Part shown: in pieces, positions 8,929 through 17,794 of the stretch
Layout of the letters: each line of letters starts with the position of its first letter
Position numbering within the stretch: the first letter of the stretch is position 1
Source of the DNA: an uncultured Fibrobacterota bacterium
GTDB taxonomy: Bacteria > Fibrobacterota > Chitinivibrionia > Chitinivibrionales > FEN-1185
DNA: 64,000 nucleotides
NCBI GenBank assembly: GCA_963729895.1
Contig: CAVSQB010000005.1
Coordinates: 377,943 to 441,942, forward strand
Direction: 5' to 3'
Made by a program: the position numbers and the translations under genes
The notes under the pieces: generated by a model
Told to the model about the DNA's origin: nothing
Databases searched by the model: none
Seen by the model: the letters and a program-made list of their open reading frames with translations, nothing else

Positions 8929-11361
8929 ATGACCATAAGAAAACTGCTCGTATTATTACTCGGCATAGTATCATTTCCCGTTCTGGCGGGGTTTAATTCG
9001 GTGACGGTTCCGGCGGCAATGCTGCATATGCCGGATGCCGGCACGGGCCTCGGGTTTTCAGGCGAATTGCAATACGCGGTCACTGCGGGAGACACCGATT
9101 CGGTCTATGTCACGCTTACCATCACCACGGCGGACGGCGCAACAACACTTGCCCTCAGCGAAATGTCGGGCGATGTCGGCATGATCCGGATTGTCAATCC
9201 TAACGTGGCGGAAAACCACATGATCTTCTTCCAGGCCCCGACCGCTGTTCCGGGAACGCAATATATTGCGCACCTGACCGCCGGCGCCGCCATATCGGGC
9301 GTCAAGACCCAGGTTGAGGGGTTTCTCCAGACCATGTCGAAAAACGACAAGGCAGCCATGATGAGCGGCTGCTGCGACGGGTTTACGGGAACCGCCGGCG
9401 GTACCACGATTCCGGCTATTTTCATGTCCGACGGTCCCAATGGAGTGAGACCGACAAGCGGCTCGCAGGCATCCCTGTTTCCCACCTGTTCCAATGAGGC
9501 GAGCAGCTGGGACACGGCTATTGCGACTATCGATGGACAGGCCAAGGGTGAGGAATTCAGGGCGCTGGGAAAAAACTGTTCCCTGGGCCCTGCCCTCGAC
9601 CTCGTGTACCATCCGCAGGGCGGCAGGGCTTCCGAGTATTACGGTGAAGACCCCTATGAATCGGGCCACATGGCCGCCGCCGACGTCCGCGGAGAGCAGC
9701 TCAAAGGCGTTGCGGCAACCATCAAGCACTATGCCTGCAACAACAAGGAAGACAACCGGCAGACCCTCAGCGCCAATATGAGCGAGCGTTCGTTGCGGGA
9801 AGTTTATCTTGCAAACTGGGAAACGCCCATTGTGCAGGGCGGCTGCTGGGGAGTGATGGGAGCGTACAACCAGGTAAACCGTCTGGTGCCAAACCAGGGC
9901 CCTGCGTGCCAGAACAAGTACCTGGAGACCGATGTCCTGCGCAATGAATGGGGCTACAAGTACATGGCCATGACCGACTGGGGCGTGATCATGAACTTTC
10001 AGCCTGCAATCACTTACGGAATCGACATCGAGATGCCGGGCCCCAATAACTACACCCCCGGCGCGGTCGCCCAGGAGCCGGACAGCATAGTCAATATGCA
10101 CATTCGAAGGATCATTTACACGCACGAAAAGATCGGAGACCTTGTGTCCGGGTACCTGCCGACTGCGTTCGGCACTACCTTCGAAAGCACCGTTCATGAG
10201 AAGATCATACGTCAAGTGGGCACGGCAGGCATTGTCCTTGGCAGGAACGATTCGGTTTCTGCGGATTCCAACGGTAATGCCTTGAGAGTCCTGCCGCTTC
10301 CCAAAAAGGGCGCGAAAATCGCTCTTACCGGTTCATTTGCAACTACCTGCCGCCTTGGTCCCGGCGGCAGCAGCCTTGTTAACCCCTATTTGCGCGTTGA
10401 TCCTACCACCGGGATAAACCAGCTGCTTAAAGGTACTGCCGGCAATGCCGGAGGATATCCGCCGAATCCCGGCGCCTCGACCCTTGTAGCAGACATTACC
10501 ACGGCGGATTACATTGTGGTTTTTGTGGGGGTCACGGGAGAGCAGGAAGGCGCGGACAGGCCTTATCTGGCAGTGCAGTCCGGGGACGGCGATGCCGCCG
10601 TTCAGGCGGCGCTCAATGTCAAGACAGCCAAGACGATAGTCGTGTACACCGGCGGCAGCGCCGCAAGCACCGGCGGCGGCGCATACTGGCCCCAAGCCAA
10701 TGCGATTGTTTTCGCATTCTATCCGGGCGAGGATCAGGGGTATGCAATTGCGGATGTTCTGTTCGGCAATGTCAACCCGAGCGGCAAGCTGCCCGTGACG
10801 TTCCCCGTGGACGCCACCCAACTTCCGAACTTCTCGTTGATAAGCAGCGTTGACCTCAACTATCCTTCGTCCGACACCGCGCACGGGTATTTCAGGATGG
10901 ACAAGAACGGGTGGACGCCGGGGTTCTATTTCGGCTCCGGCCTCAGCTACACAAAATTCTCCTATTCCAACCTGAGCATCTATCCCGACTCAATCCAGGC
11001 TGGCGACAGGGTGCATGTGCGGCTCACAGTCACGAATACAGGGACCGTCGCGGGAAAAGAGACCGCGGAGTTGTATTTGTCTATGCCGTCCGGCGCGGGT
11101 TTACCGGTTCGCGTGCAGGACCTTCGCGGCTTCCAGAAAGTGCCCCCCGACCCGGCGCAGACCCTAGCGCCGCAAGCGAGCGCCACGGTCGAATTCACGC
11201 TGACCGAGGAAGATATGCGGGTGTTTAACCCGAATGGCGCGGATTACAACGGAGCCGGAACCTGGCAGGTGCTGCCGGGGACCTACGGCGTGCGCGTGGG
11301 CACGTCGTCCCAGCGTGATCTCCAGCCGACCTCCAGCGGCACGTTTGCAGTCGTGCAGTAG
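8929..11361 (+). CDS. Secreted glycoside hydrolase family 3 (beta-glucosidase-like) with Fn3-like C-terminus
   Basis: MSDGPNGVR, GGRASEYYGEDP, IKHYACN, nucleophile MTDWG, NPSGKLPVTFP, FGSGLSYTKF, LRGFQKV. Confidence 0.9.
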   Translation: MTIRKLLVLLLGIVSFPVLAGFNSVTVPAAMLHMPDAGTGLGFSGELQYAVTAGDTDSVYVTLTITTADGATTLALSEMSGDVGMIRIVNPNVAENHMIFFQAPTAVPGTQYIAHLTAGAAISGVKTQVEGFLQTMSKNDKAAMMSGCCDGFTGTAGGTTIPAIFMSDGPNGVRPTSGSQASLFPTCSNEASSWDTAIATIDGQAKGEEFRALGKNCSLGPALDLVYHPQGGRASEYYGEDPYESGHMAAADVRGEQLKGVAATIKHYACNNKEDNRQTLSANMSERSLREVYLANWETPIVQGGCWGVMGAYNQVNRLVPNQGPACQNKYLETDVLRNEWGYKYMAMTDWGVIMNFQPAITYGIDIEMPGPNNYTPGAVAQEPDSIVNMHIRRIIYTHEKIGDLVSGYLPTAFGTTFESTVHEKIIRQVGTAGIVLGRNDSVSADSNGNALRVLPLPKKGAKIALTGSFATTCRLGPGGSSLVNPYLRVDPTTGINQLLKGTAGNAGGYPPNPGASTLVADITTADYIVVFVGVTGEQEGADRPYLAVQSGDGDAAVQAALNVKTAKTIVVYTGGSAASTGGGAYWPQANAIVFAFYPGEDQGYAIADVLFGNVNPSGKLPVTFPVDATQLPNFSLISSVDLNYPSSDTAHGYFRMDKNGWTPGFYFGSGLSYTKFSYSNLSIYPDSIQAGDRVHVRLTVTNTGTVAGKETAELYLSMPSGAGLPVRVQDLRGFQKVPPDPAQTLAPQASATVEFTLTEEDMRVFNPNGADYNGAGTWQVLPGTYGVRVGTSSQRDLQPTSSGTFAVVQ

Positions 11362-11377
11362 CAGTTACTTAACAAAA

Positions 11378-11408
11378 GGCAACGGCGGGCCGCCCGCCCG
11401 CCGTTGCC
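11378..11408. terminator. Perfect 13-bp GC-rich stem-loop between the GH3 gene and the OMP gene (terminator or mRNA-stabilising hairpin)
   Basis: GGCAACGGCGGGC / GCCCGCCGTTGCC; no U-tract on the + strand. Confidence 0.5.
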
Positions 11409-11493
11409 CGTCATCCATCTCCGCATACACCATAACGAGCCTCCCGTGAGGCGATCCCCGCTTCCCCGGGGTGACCAGGAAAGGAATTGAACA

Positions 11494-12978
11494 ATGACGA
11501 AAAGATCAGCATTCTTCTTTGCCGTGGCGGCGCTTGCAGCTGTCTCTCTTGTGAAGGCCCAGGACGATTCGGGAAATGGCGGCACGGCGGCGCTTGCCGC
11601 CGTCTCTCTTGCAAAGGTTCAGAACGATTCCGGAAACGGCGGCCGGGTGTTGCTTCCCGAAGGGCTGACGCTTCGACCCCATGCGTACGGCTTTATCGAG
11701 GGCGGCCAGGTGGTTTCGGGCCACCTCAATTCCTGGGGCGCACAAAATGTCAACAACAATCCGAATGCTTACGGGATAGACCACGTCTGGACCGAGGATG
11801 CGGACATAGAATTCGGATTTGCCGCAACGTACCGCGAACATCTCAAGATGGATGTAAGCCTTGGCGCAAAAATGGCTTTTTCATATCCGATCGAGTTCGA
11901 CGGATCTCACGTCGCCACCAAGTATCTCAATGACTACATCTATTTCGACCAGGCATATGCCCAATATCACGTGGGACGCGAGGAATCGCCGTGGTTTTTG
12001 GCAGAGGTCGGGTATTTCAAGTTCAAGTATAATCCGGATGTCCGCAACCTTGGCGAATACATGTTCCGCACCGGAACGTACCCCATTTATTTTGACATGT
12101 CGTTTGATGCGCCTTTCCAGAGATTGCTTGGTATTCATGTGCAGGACAACTTCTTTAACAGCCTGAAGCTCGATTTGCTTCTTGTAAGCGCCACACAGTT
12201 TCCTACGATGAACTGGTCCTTCGCCGCGCTTGCCGATTACGACATCGCCGCCCTTAAGTTTATTCATATCGGCGCCGGTGTCGATTGCTCCGATTTGCTT
12301 GATGTGTATACGGGTCATGCGTTCCCGGTTGCCGGAGGAGACCCTACGTCGCTCCAATCTTCCCAGAAAAACCTCCGGTATATTGCGGCAAACGGCGATA
12401 CCAACTATTACACATTCCAGGGCACAAAGGTGATGGGCCGCATATCATTTGACCCAAAGGCTTTTTTCAAGTGCAAGTATTTCGGCGACGACGATTTGAA
12501 ACTGTATGCCGAGGCTGATCTGATAGGCGTGGAGAATTACCCGGATTCGGGACTCGGCCAAGGTGGAGCGATGCAGTTGGTGGCGCCTTCGTACAACAAG
12601 CCGCTCCAGAGGATACCGGTTGCTATCGGCTTCAATGTCCCCACCGTAAAGACTCTCGATATCCTCAATGTGGAAATGGAATGGTTCGGTGCGCAGTACT
12701 ACAACGATCCATCAAACGTGTTTTCAAATCAGAGCCAGCCGTTGCCCAACGACGTGACATATTGGGGCACGGCCAACGCACCAAACAAGAGTCCTATAAA
12801 GTGGTCCGTGTACGCCAAGAAGAGTTTCTTTAACGGCCATTTTGCCCTCACCGGACAAATCGCCCGCGACCATCTTCGGTTGGCAAGCGCGGCCTACGAT
12901 TATACGCAGGAATGGAACGAACTGCTGGTCACGTCAAACGACTGGTGGTGGATGCTTAAGGCAAGCTGGATGTTCTAG
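11494..12978 (+). CDS. Putative outer-membrane beta-barrel protein
   Basis: Signal peptide, aromatic-rich alternating strands, C-terminal ...WWMLKASWMF ending in Phe (BAM-type signal). Confidence 0.6.
   Translation: MTKRSAFFFAVAALAAVSLVKAQDDSGNGGTAALAAVSLAKVQNDSGNGGRVLLPEGLTLRPHAYGFIEGGQVVSGHLNSWGAQNVNNNPNAYGIDHVWTEDADIEFGFAATYREHLKMDVSLGAKMAFSYPIEFDGSHVATKYLNDYIYFDQAYAQYHVGREESPWFLAEVGYFKFKYNPDVRNLGEYMFRTGTYPIYFDMSFDAPFQRLLGIHVQDNFFNSLKLDLLLVSATQFPTMNWSFAALADYDIAALKFIHIGAGVDCSDLLDVYTGHAFPVAGGDPTSLQSSQKNLRYIAANGDTNYYTFQGTKVMGRISFDPKAFFKCKYFGDDDLKLYAEADLIGVENYPDSGLGQGGAMQLVAPSYNKPLQRIPVAIGFNVPTVKTLDILNVEMEWFGAQYYNDPSNVFSNQSQPLPNDVTYWGTANAPNKSPIKWSVYAKKSFFNGHFALTGQIARDHLRLASAAYDYTQEWNELLVTSNDWWWMLKASWMF
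11526..11643 (+). repeat. In-frame 60-bp tandem duplication covering the signal peptide end
   Basis: AALAAVSLVKAQDDSGNGG followed by TAALAAVSLAKVQNDSGNGG; the DNA lines starting 11521 and 11581 align at 60-bp period. Confidence 0.9.
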
Positions 12979-13001
12979 CGGAAACACGGCATCCGATCTA
13001 T

Positions 13002-13038
13002 GGGGGACAAGGTCCAACCGGCCTTGTCCCTTTTGTTT
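13002..13038 (+). terminator. Rho-independent terminator
   Basis: GGGACAAGG...CCTTGTCCC stem followed by TTTTGTTT, after the OMP gene. Confidence 0.7.
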
Positions 13039-13084
13039 GCCCGTTGTTTGCAGCACTGCTTGTTGACAAAAGCAATCGGCGAGG

Positions 13085-14203
13085 CTAATACCGGAGGTAC
13101 TCCAGCAGCATTCCAAGAAGCAGGAGGGAAATTCCCGCGATCGCCGCAAGGGCGATGGTTTGCGCTTTGCGGAACAAAGACCGGCCGTCGATGGCGGCCA
13201 CGACGGCTTCCATTGATTGGAACCGCCTCTCCCGCTTTGTCGCCATCATCTTTCTGATGAGCCGTACCGTGCCGTGCGAAACCGCGCGGTTGAGCTTCCG
13301 GGGAGACACAAAATTGCCGGTGAGGTGCTTGGTAAGGAGCTCCTGGGGCGAATTGCCTGTGTACACCGTGCGCCCCGTGAGCGCGTAGTAGAGTGTTGCG
13401 CCGAGAGAATAGATGTCGGTCCTTCCGTCGATGTCGCGGTTGCCGTCCACCTGTTCGGGCGAGGTGTAATAGAAAGATCCCACCAGGCATCCCTCCATCG
13501 TAAGAGACAGGTGGTCGACGTCGTGATGCATCACCAGCCCGAAATCCGTGATTTTGGGCGTGCCGCCGGCGTCGAAGATGATGTTTTCGGGCTTGACGTC
13601 ACGGTGCACCACGCTTTTCGCATGCGCATGCCCGAGCGCCAGGGCGGTCGCGCGAACGATGTCGAGCGCCTCCTTCTCCGGAAGCATCTTCTTTGAATCC
13701 ACGTATGCCTTGAGCGACGGGCCGGTCAAAAGCTCCATGGCGAAGTAGTACCGCCTGTTGATTCTGCCGGCGTCGTAAATGGACACGATGTTGGGATGGC
13801 TAAGCTTTGCAAGTGCGCGGATCTCCTGGAAGAAGCGCGTCGCATTGGTGGTATCGTTCGTCACCGATGCGTTGATCACCTTTATGGCCACATTTCTTCC
13901 CATGAACTCATGGACCGCACGGTACACTTTTCCCATGCCGCCCTCGCCGATAAGGTCGCTGAGGCGGTAGGCGCCGAACACGGTGCCGTCTTCCGTAAGT
14001 TGGCCTATTTCGTTGAGTTCATGCACCTGCTGGCGGGAGAGATAGCCCTTGCTCACCAGGATTTCCTCGACCGGTGTGTCGAGCCCGATCTTTTTGCTTT
14101 TCTTGGCAATGCCCTTGCATTCGTCGAGCTGTTCCTGGCTGATGAGCTTCCGGTCCAGGGCAAGCTTCACAAATGTGATATTTGTTTCGGATTGTTCGTT
14201 CAT
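13085..14203 (-). CDS. Hanks-type Ser/Thr protein kinase with a C-terminal transmembrane helix
   Basis: IGEGGMGKVY, VAIK, HRDVKPEN, DFG, SPEQ, TDIYSLG; start taken at MNEQSET (14203). Confidence 0.92.
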   Translation of the reverse strand: MNEQSETNITFVKLALDRKLISQEQLDECKGIAKKSKKIGLDTPVEEILVSKGYLSRQQVHELNEIGQLTEDGTVFGAYRLSDLIGEGGMGKVYRAVHEFMGRNVAIKVINASVTNDTTNATRFFQEIRALAKLSHPNIVSIYDAGRINRRYYFAMELLTGPSLKAYVDSKKMLPEKEALDIVRATALALGHAHAKSVVHRDVKPENIIFDAGGTPKITDFGLVMHHDVDHLSLTMEGCLVGSFYYTSPEQVDGNRDIDGRTDIYSLGATLYYALTGRTVYTGNSPQELLTKHLTGNFVSPRKLNRAVSHGTVRLIRKMMATKRERRFQSMEAVVAAIDGRSLFRKAQTIALAAIAGISLLLLGMLLEYLRY

Positions 14204-14371
14204 ACGAAGTTCCAAACGCGCAGTGGGGGAAGCGAAAGCCCGGGGCGCGGGCAAAAGACGCCCGCACCTTTTTCTAAAATATATTATTGCGTTCCACGGG
14301 AAGAAGCGCTCGCACAGGTTCCCGCCGTCGCGCGGAGGGGAATAGTATGGAGCCTGCCCGGGAGAGGGAAG

Positions 14372-15142
14372 CTACACGGCCAGTTCGATTCCTATCGGAC
14401 AATGATCGGACCCCGGCACGTCCTTGAGGATGAAGGCGTCTTTCACCTTGGAGGCCAGGTCCCGGCTCACAAAGAAATAGTCGATGCGCCAGCCCACGTT
14501 CCTCGCCCGCGCGCCGGTTTTAAAGTCCCACCAGGTGTACAGGTCGGGTTCCCGGTGGAACATCCTGAGCGTGTCCTCGTAGCCGCGCGCTATGTATTTG
14601 TCAATCCACGCGCGTTCCGCGGGCAGAAATCCCGACGCCGATTCGTTTTCCCTGGGCCGGGCGAGGTCGATTTCCGTATGGGCGGTGTTGTAGTCGCCGC
14701 ACATGACAACGGGAATGTTCTTTTTTCTCAGCCCGTCGCAGAAGGAAAGGAACGCATCGTAAAAATCCATTTTGTACTGCAGGCGATCTTTGTTCTGTTT
14801 CCCGTTCGGGAAGTAGACGTTGAGCAGGGCAAAGGAATCGTAGTAGGCGACAAGCGTGCGTCCCTCGGCGTCGAACTTGCCGACCCCGAGCCCTTGTTCC
14901 ACCTTTCTCGGCCGTTGTTTCGTATACAGGACGACGCCGCTGTATCCCTTCTTGTTCTTTGCCGAATTCCAGTGTGATTCGTAGGTCCCGGGAGAACGTA
15001 TCGATTCGTCAAGCTCCTGCGGGGCAAATACCTTGGTTTCCTGAAGGCAGATGACGTCGGCGCCGTCCTTCACCAGCCAATCAAGCATTCCCTTTCCGGC
15101 CACCGAGCGGATTCCGTTGACGTTCCAGCTGAGGATTCTCAT
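14372..15142 (-). CDS. xth: Exodeoxyribonuclease III / AP endonuclease
   Basis: MRILSWNVNGIR, CLQETK, GYSGV, GDYNTAH, GWRIDYF, SDHCP. Confidence 0.95.
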   Translation of the reverse strand: MRILSWNVNGIRSVAGKGMLDWLVKDGADVICLQETKVFAPQELDESIRSPGTYESHWNSAKNKKGYSGVVLYTKQRPRKVEQGLGVGKFDAEGRTLVAYYDSFALLNVYFPNGKQNKDRLQYKMDFYDAFLSFCDGLRKKNIPVVMCGDYNTAHTEIDLARPRENESASGFLPAERAWIDKYIARGYEDTLRMFHREPDLYTWWDFKTGARARNVGWRIDYFFVSRDLASKVKDAFILKDVPGSDHCPIGIELAV

Positions 15143-15183
15143 GATGATGTTCCTTTCGTCGCGGGGAAAGCGCCCCGCCGGAA

Positions 15184-15540
15184 TCAGGCCCCGCCGTGAA
15201 AAAGAAGGCGAATCACCGCGACAATCGCCCCCGCCGAGGCGCACCACGCGACCGTTGACATAATAAGACACTGGACCAGGTTGAACCTTCCGATTGAGGA
15301 ATAGAACGTTCCCAGGAAAACAAGCGTCGTAGGCAAGGCGACCAGTGAAAACAGCGCAATTTTCCTGAGGCCTGCGCTGTCGAGGGATTGCCCCGCAAAA
15401 TACAGGCCGATAATCGTAATGACGGGAAAAAGCATGAAGATCCCGGCCAGCATCGGGTTTCTCGCTTTGGCAAGCAGCGACACCGCCACCACGAGGCTTC
15501 CGCCGGCAATAAATCGGATCGCATATTCGGCGATAGTCAT
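15184..15540 (-). CDS. Small membrane protein, GlpM-like
   Basis: Four hydrophobic helices; 'RFIAGG...LAGIFMLFP' pattern. Confidence 0.55.
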   Translation of the reverse strand: MTIAEYAIRFIAGGSLVVAVSLLAKARNPMLAGIFMLFPVITIIGLYFAGQSLDSAGLRKIALFSLVALPTTLVFLGTFYSSIGRFNLVQCLIMSTVAWCASAGAIVAVIRLLFHGGA

Positions 15541-15734
15541 ACCCCCCCTTTTTTCAGTTGATCGACACGGACGGTTCGCATCGTCCGTGTCGCTTTGTCA
15601 AAATACAGTCTGGGAGGGCCGCAGGCAAAAGGATGGAAGCCGGGGATTCCGAAAAACGGGGTTGCTTTCACCACTTGCGGGAGTCGCCACGCATAGTATT
15701 TGAAATCCCGTGCTCATTGCATTATCTTTGTCGT

Positions 15735-16070
15735 ATGCCCGTGCGAAAAACAAGGCTCGATCGCGAAGCGGAAACCGTGTCTGCGATGATCGCCGTTTTT
15801 TGCAAAGGTCATCACCGCAACCGCGGGGGCCGCGGGTTGTGCGCCGCATGCTCGGAACTTGCCGACTACGCGCTGCACCGTTTGAAGAACTGCAGGTACG
15901 GCATTAACAAACCGGTGTGCAGAAACTGCAAGAACCATTGTTACAAACCGGAGTACCGGGATCGAATCCGCGACGTGATGAGATACAGCGGCCCGCGAAT
16001 GCTTGGAAAGCATCCGGTCCTTGCAGTCATGCATTTGTTGCACGGGCTTCGTGAAGGCGGCTATGGGTGA
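15735..16070 (+). CDS. YgbA / nitrous-oxide-stimulated-promoter family Cys-rich protein
   Basis: RE..TV..MI..FC..HH...LC..C..L..YA..RL..C...KP.C..C..HCY....R..IR.VMRYSGPRM...HP. Confidence 0.85.
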   Translation: MPVRKTRLDREAETVSAMIAVFCKGHHRNRGGRGLCAACSELADYALHRLKNCRYGINKPVCRNCKNHCYKPEYRDRIRDVMRYSGPRMLGKHPVLAVMHLLHGLREGGYG

Positions 16071-16193
16071 TTCAGCATCCCCGGCACGAATTTCTTGCGG
16101 ATTTTTTGACGTGGCAATACCTATTTTAATGAACGACATACGGGTGAAAATCACCCAACGGCACACCAAACCGATCAAGCCAAGGACCATCGC

Positions 16194-16688
16194 ATGAAAC
16201 AGCCGGCGCCAATCCCCAAAAAACCTTCGAATGCGCGGGTCTTTTTCTTCATTTCGCTGGCGCTGCTCCTGTTGAGCGTCGCGGGTTTTGCCGTTTTTGT
16301 CAGCCTGAACCGGACCATAAAGATGACATACGGGAAAGTGGTCGATACCTACACGAAAAAGGAATTTGCATCCCGAAAACAAACCGTGGACCAGGAATAC
16401 GATCTGATACGCTACACCGTTGACGGAAAAGAATACCAGGGCAAGACTGCGGCGCCCAAGACCGGCGGAAGCCCCCAATATGTGCCGGTGTATTATTACG
16501 AAAAGTTCCCGTGGGCGGCATGGTATTACAGCAAGAACAACGCCAGCATCATCTTCTGCTCGCTGTGTGCGGCAATTGCCTTGGGCCTTCTTTTGTATTC
16601 CGGCAATCGTCTGCTCAAGAATGCCCGCGCTTCCGCCCCGGCGAAAAAACAGCAGCAACCCCCAAAAGGCGAGAAAAGGGCAACGTAA
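16194..16688 (+). CDS. Hypothetical membrane protein (two TM helices around a small beta domain, DUF3592-like)
   Basis: TM - 'GKVVD...YTVDGKEY' - TM. Confidence 0.55.
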   Translation: MKQPAPIPKKPSNARVFFFISLALLLLSVAGFAVFVSLNRTIKMTYGKVVDTYTKKEFASRKQTVDQEYDLIRYTVDGKEYQGKTAAPKTGGSPQYVPVYYYEKFPWAAWYYSKNNASIIFCSLCAAIALGLLLYSGNRLLKNARASAPAKKQQQPPKGEKRAT

Positions 16689-16762
16689 CCCGCAGCGGTC
16701 CGGACCGGCACCGCCGCGCTGCGCCAACCGTCTGCGTGCGTTGCCGAAAAAAAGGAGCTTAC

Positions 16763-17248
16763 TTGAAACGCGGCGCCGCAATCCTGCTTCTGGGAATTCT
16801 TGTCTCCGCCTTGCCGGCATTCTCCCAATCCGATTCGACCCTGCCCAGAGACACGCTGCCCCTCAACGTACTTATCGCGATGGGAACAAGTTACCTGGAG
16901 CAGGCGGTATCCGCAATTGTCAAAGACAGCCTGCAAGCCCGCGGGTATCAAGTGACTATTGTCAACATCAAGACCCTTGGAAGGCAGAACCGGCGCAAGT
17001 ACCGCGCCGCTATCCTGTTTAACGCCGTGAAATCATCGGAGCTTACGCCGGTCGCCAGGAAATTCGTACGATCACAGGAAGGGCCGGGGGCAGAATCAAA
17101 CTTGCTTATTTGCGATGTGGACGGCGAAGCATGGAACGGCGAAAGGCAAGGAGTGAACGCCGTGGCGTCCGCCACGGTGAAGATGAGGCCCGAAGAAGTC
17201 GCCGCGAGAGTTTTGATGAATTTCGACGCCATCACCGGCGGAAAATAG
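16763..17248 (+). CDS. Hypothetical exported protein
   Basis: AGGAG RBS before TTG at 16763, signal peptide LKRGAAILLLGILVSALPAFS. Confidence 0.55.
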   Translation: MKRGAAILLLGILVSALPAFSQSDSTLPRDTLPLNVLIAMGTSYLEQAVSAIVKDSLQARGYQVTIVNIKTLGRQNRRKYRAAILFNAVKSSELTPVARKFVRSQEGPGAESNLLICDVDGEAWNGERQGVNAVASATVKMRPEEVAARVLMNFDAITGGK

Positions 17249-17275
17249 GCATTCGCGGGGTTTCCCCGGCACCGT

Positions 17276-17785
17276 ATGATCGAACCGCTCGGCATCGGCG
17301 ATTTTGAAAGCATCTATGCCGTGATCAATGATGCGGCCTTCGCCTATGCGGGCTTCATCCCGCCCGAGTGCTGGCATGATCCCTATATGTCAAGAAATTC
17401 TCTGCGCACGGAAATCGGGCGCGGCGTGGTTTTCCACGGGTACAAAGACGGCGGCATTCTCGCGGGCGTCATGGGTATGCAGCACGTGGGCGACGTGGCG
17501 CTTATCCGGCACGCGTATGTGCGTACGCGCCTGCGCAGGAACGGGATAGGCGGGAAGCTGCTCTTGTTTCTCCTAAAGCAAACAAATCGCCCGGTCCTCG
17601 TCGGTACCTGGAAAGCGGCGACCTGGGCCGTCGCGTTTTACCGGAAGCACGGTTTTGCGCTCGTTGACGAAGAGACGAAAAATAGTTTGCTGAAAAAATA
17701 CTGGGTGATTCCGGAACGGCAGATAGAAACGTCGGTGGTTCTGGCCGACAAGACATGGGCTGGAACCCGTTTTTCTCGAGCATAA
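17276..17785 (+). CDS. GNAT family N-acetyltransferase
   Basis: LIRHAYV...RRNGIGGKLL acetyl-CoA motif, AVAFYRKHGF. Confidence 0.85.
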   Translation: MIEPLGIGDFESIYAVINDAAFAYAGFIPPECWHDPYMSRNSLRTEIGRGVVFHGYKDGGILAGVMGMQHVGDVALIRHAYVRTRLRRNGIGGKLLLFLLKQTNRPVLVGTWKAATWAVAFYRKHGFALVDEETKNSLLKKYWVIPERQIETSVVLADKTWAGTRFSRA

Positions 17786-17794
17786 GGAACGACC

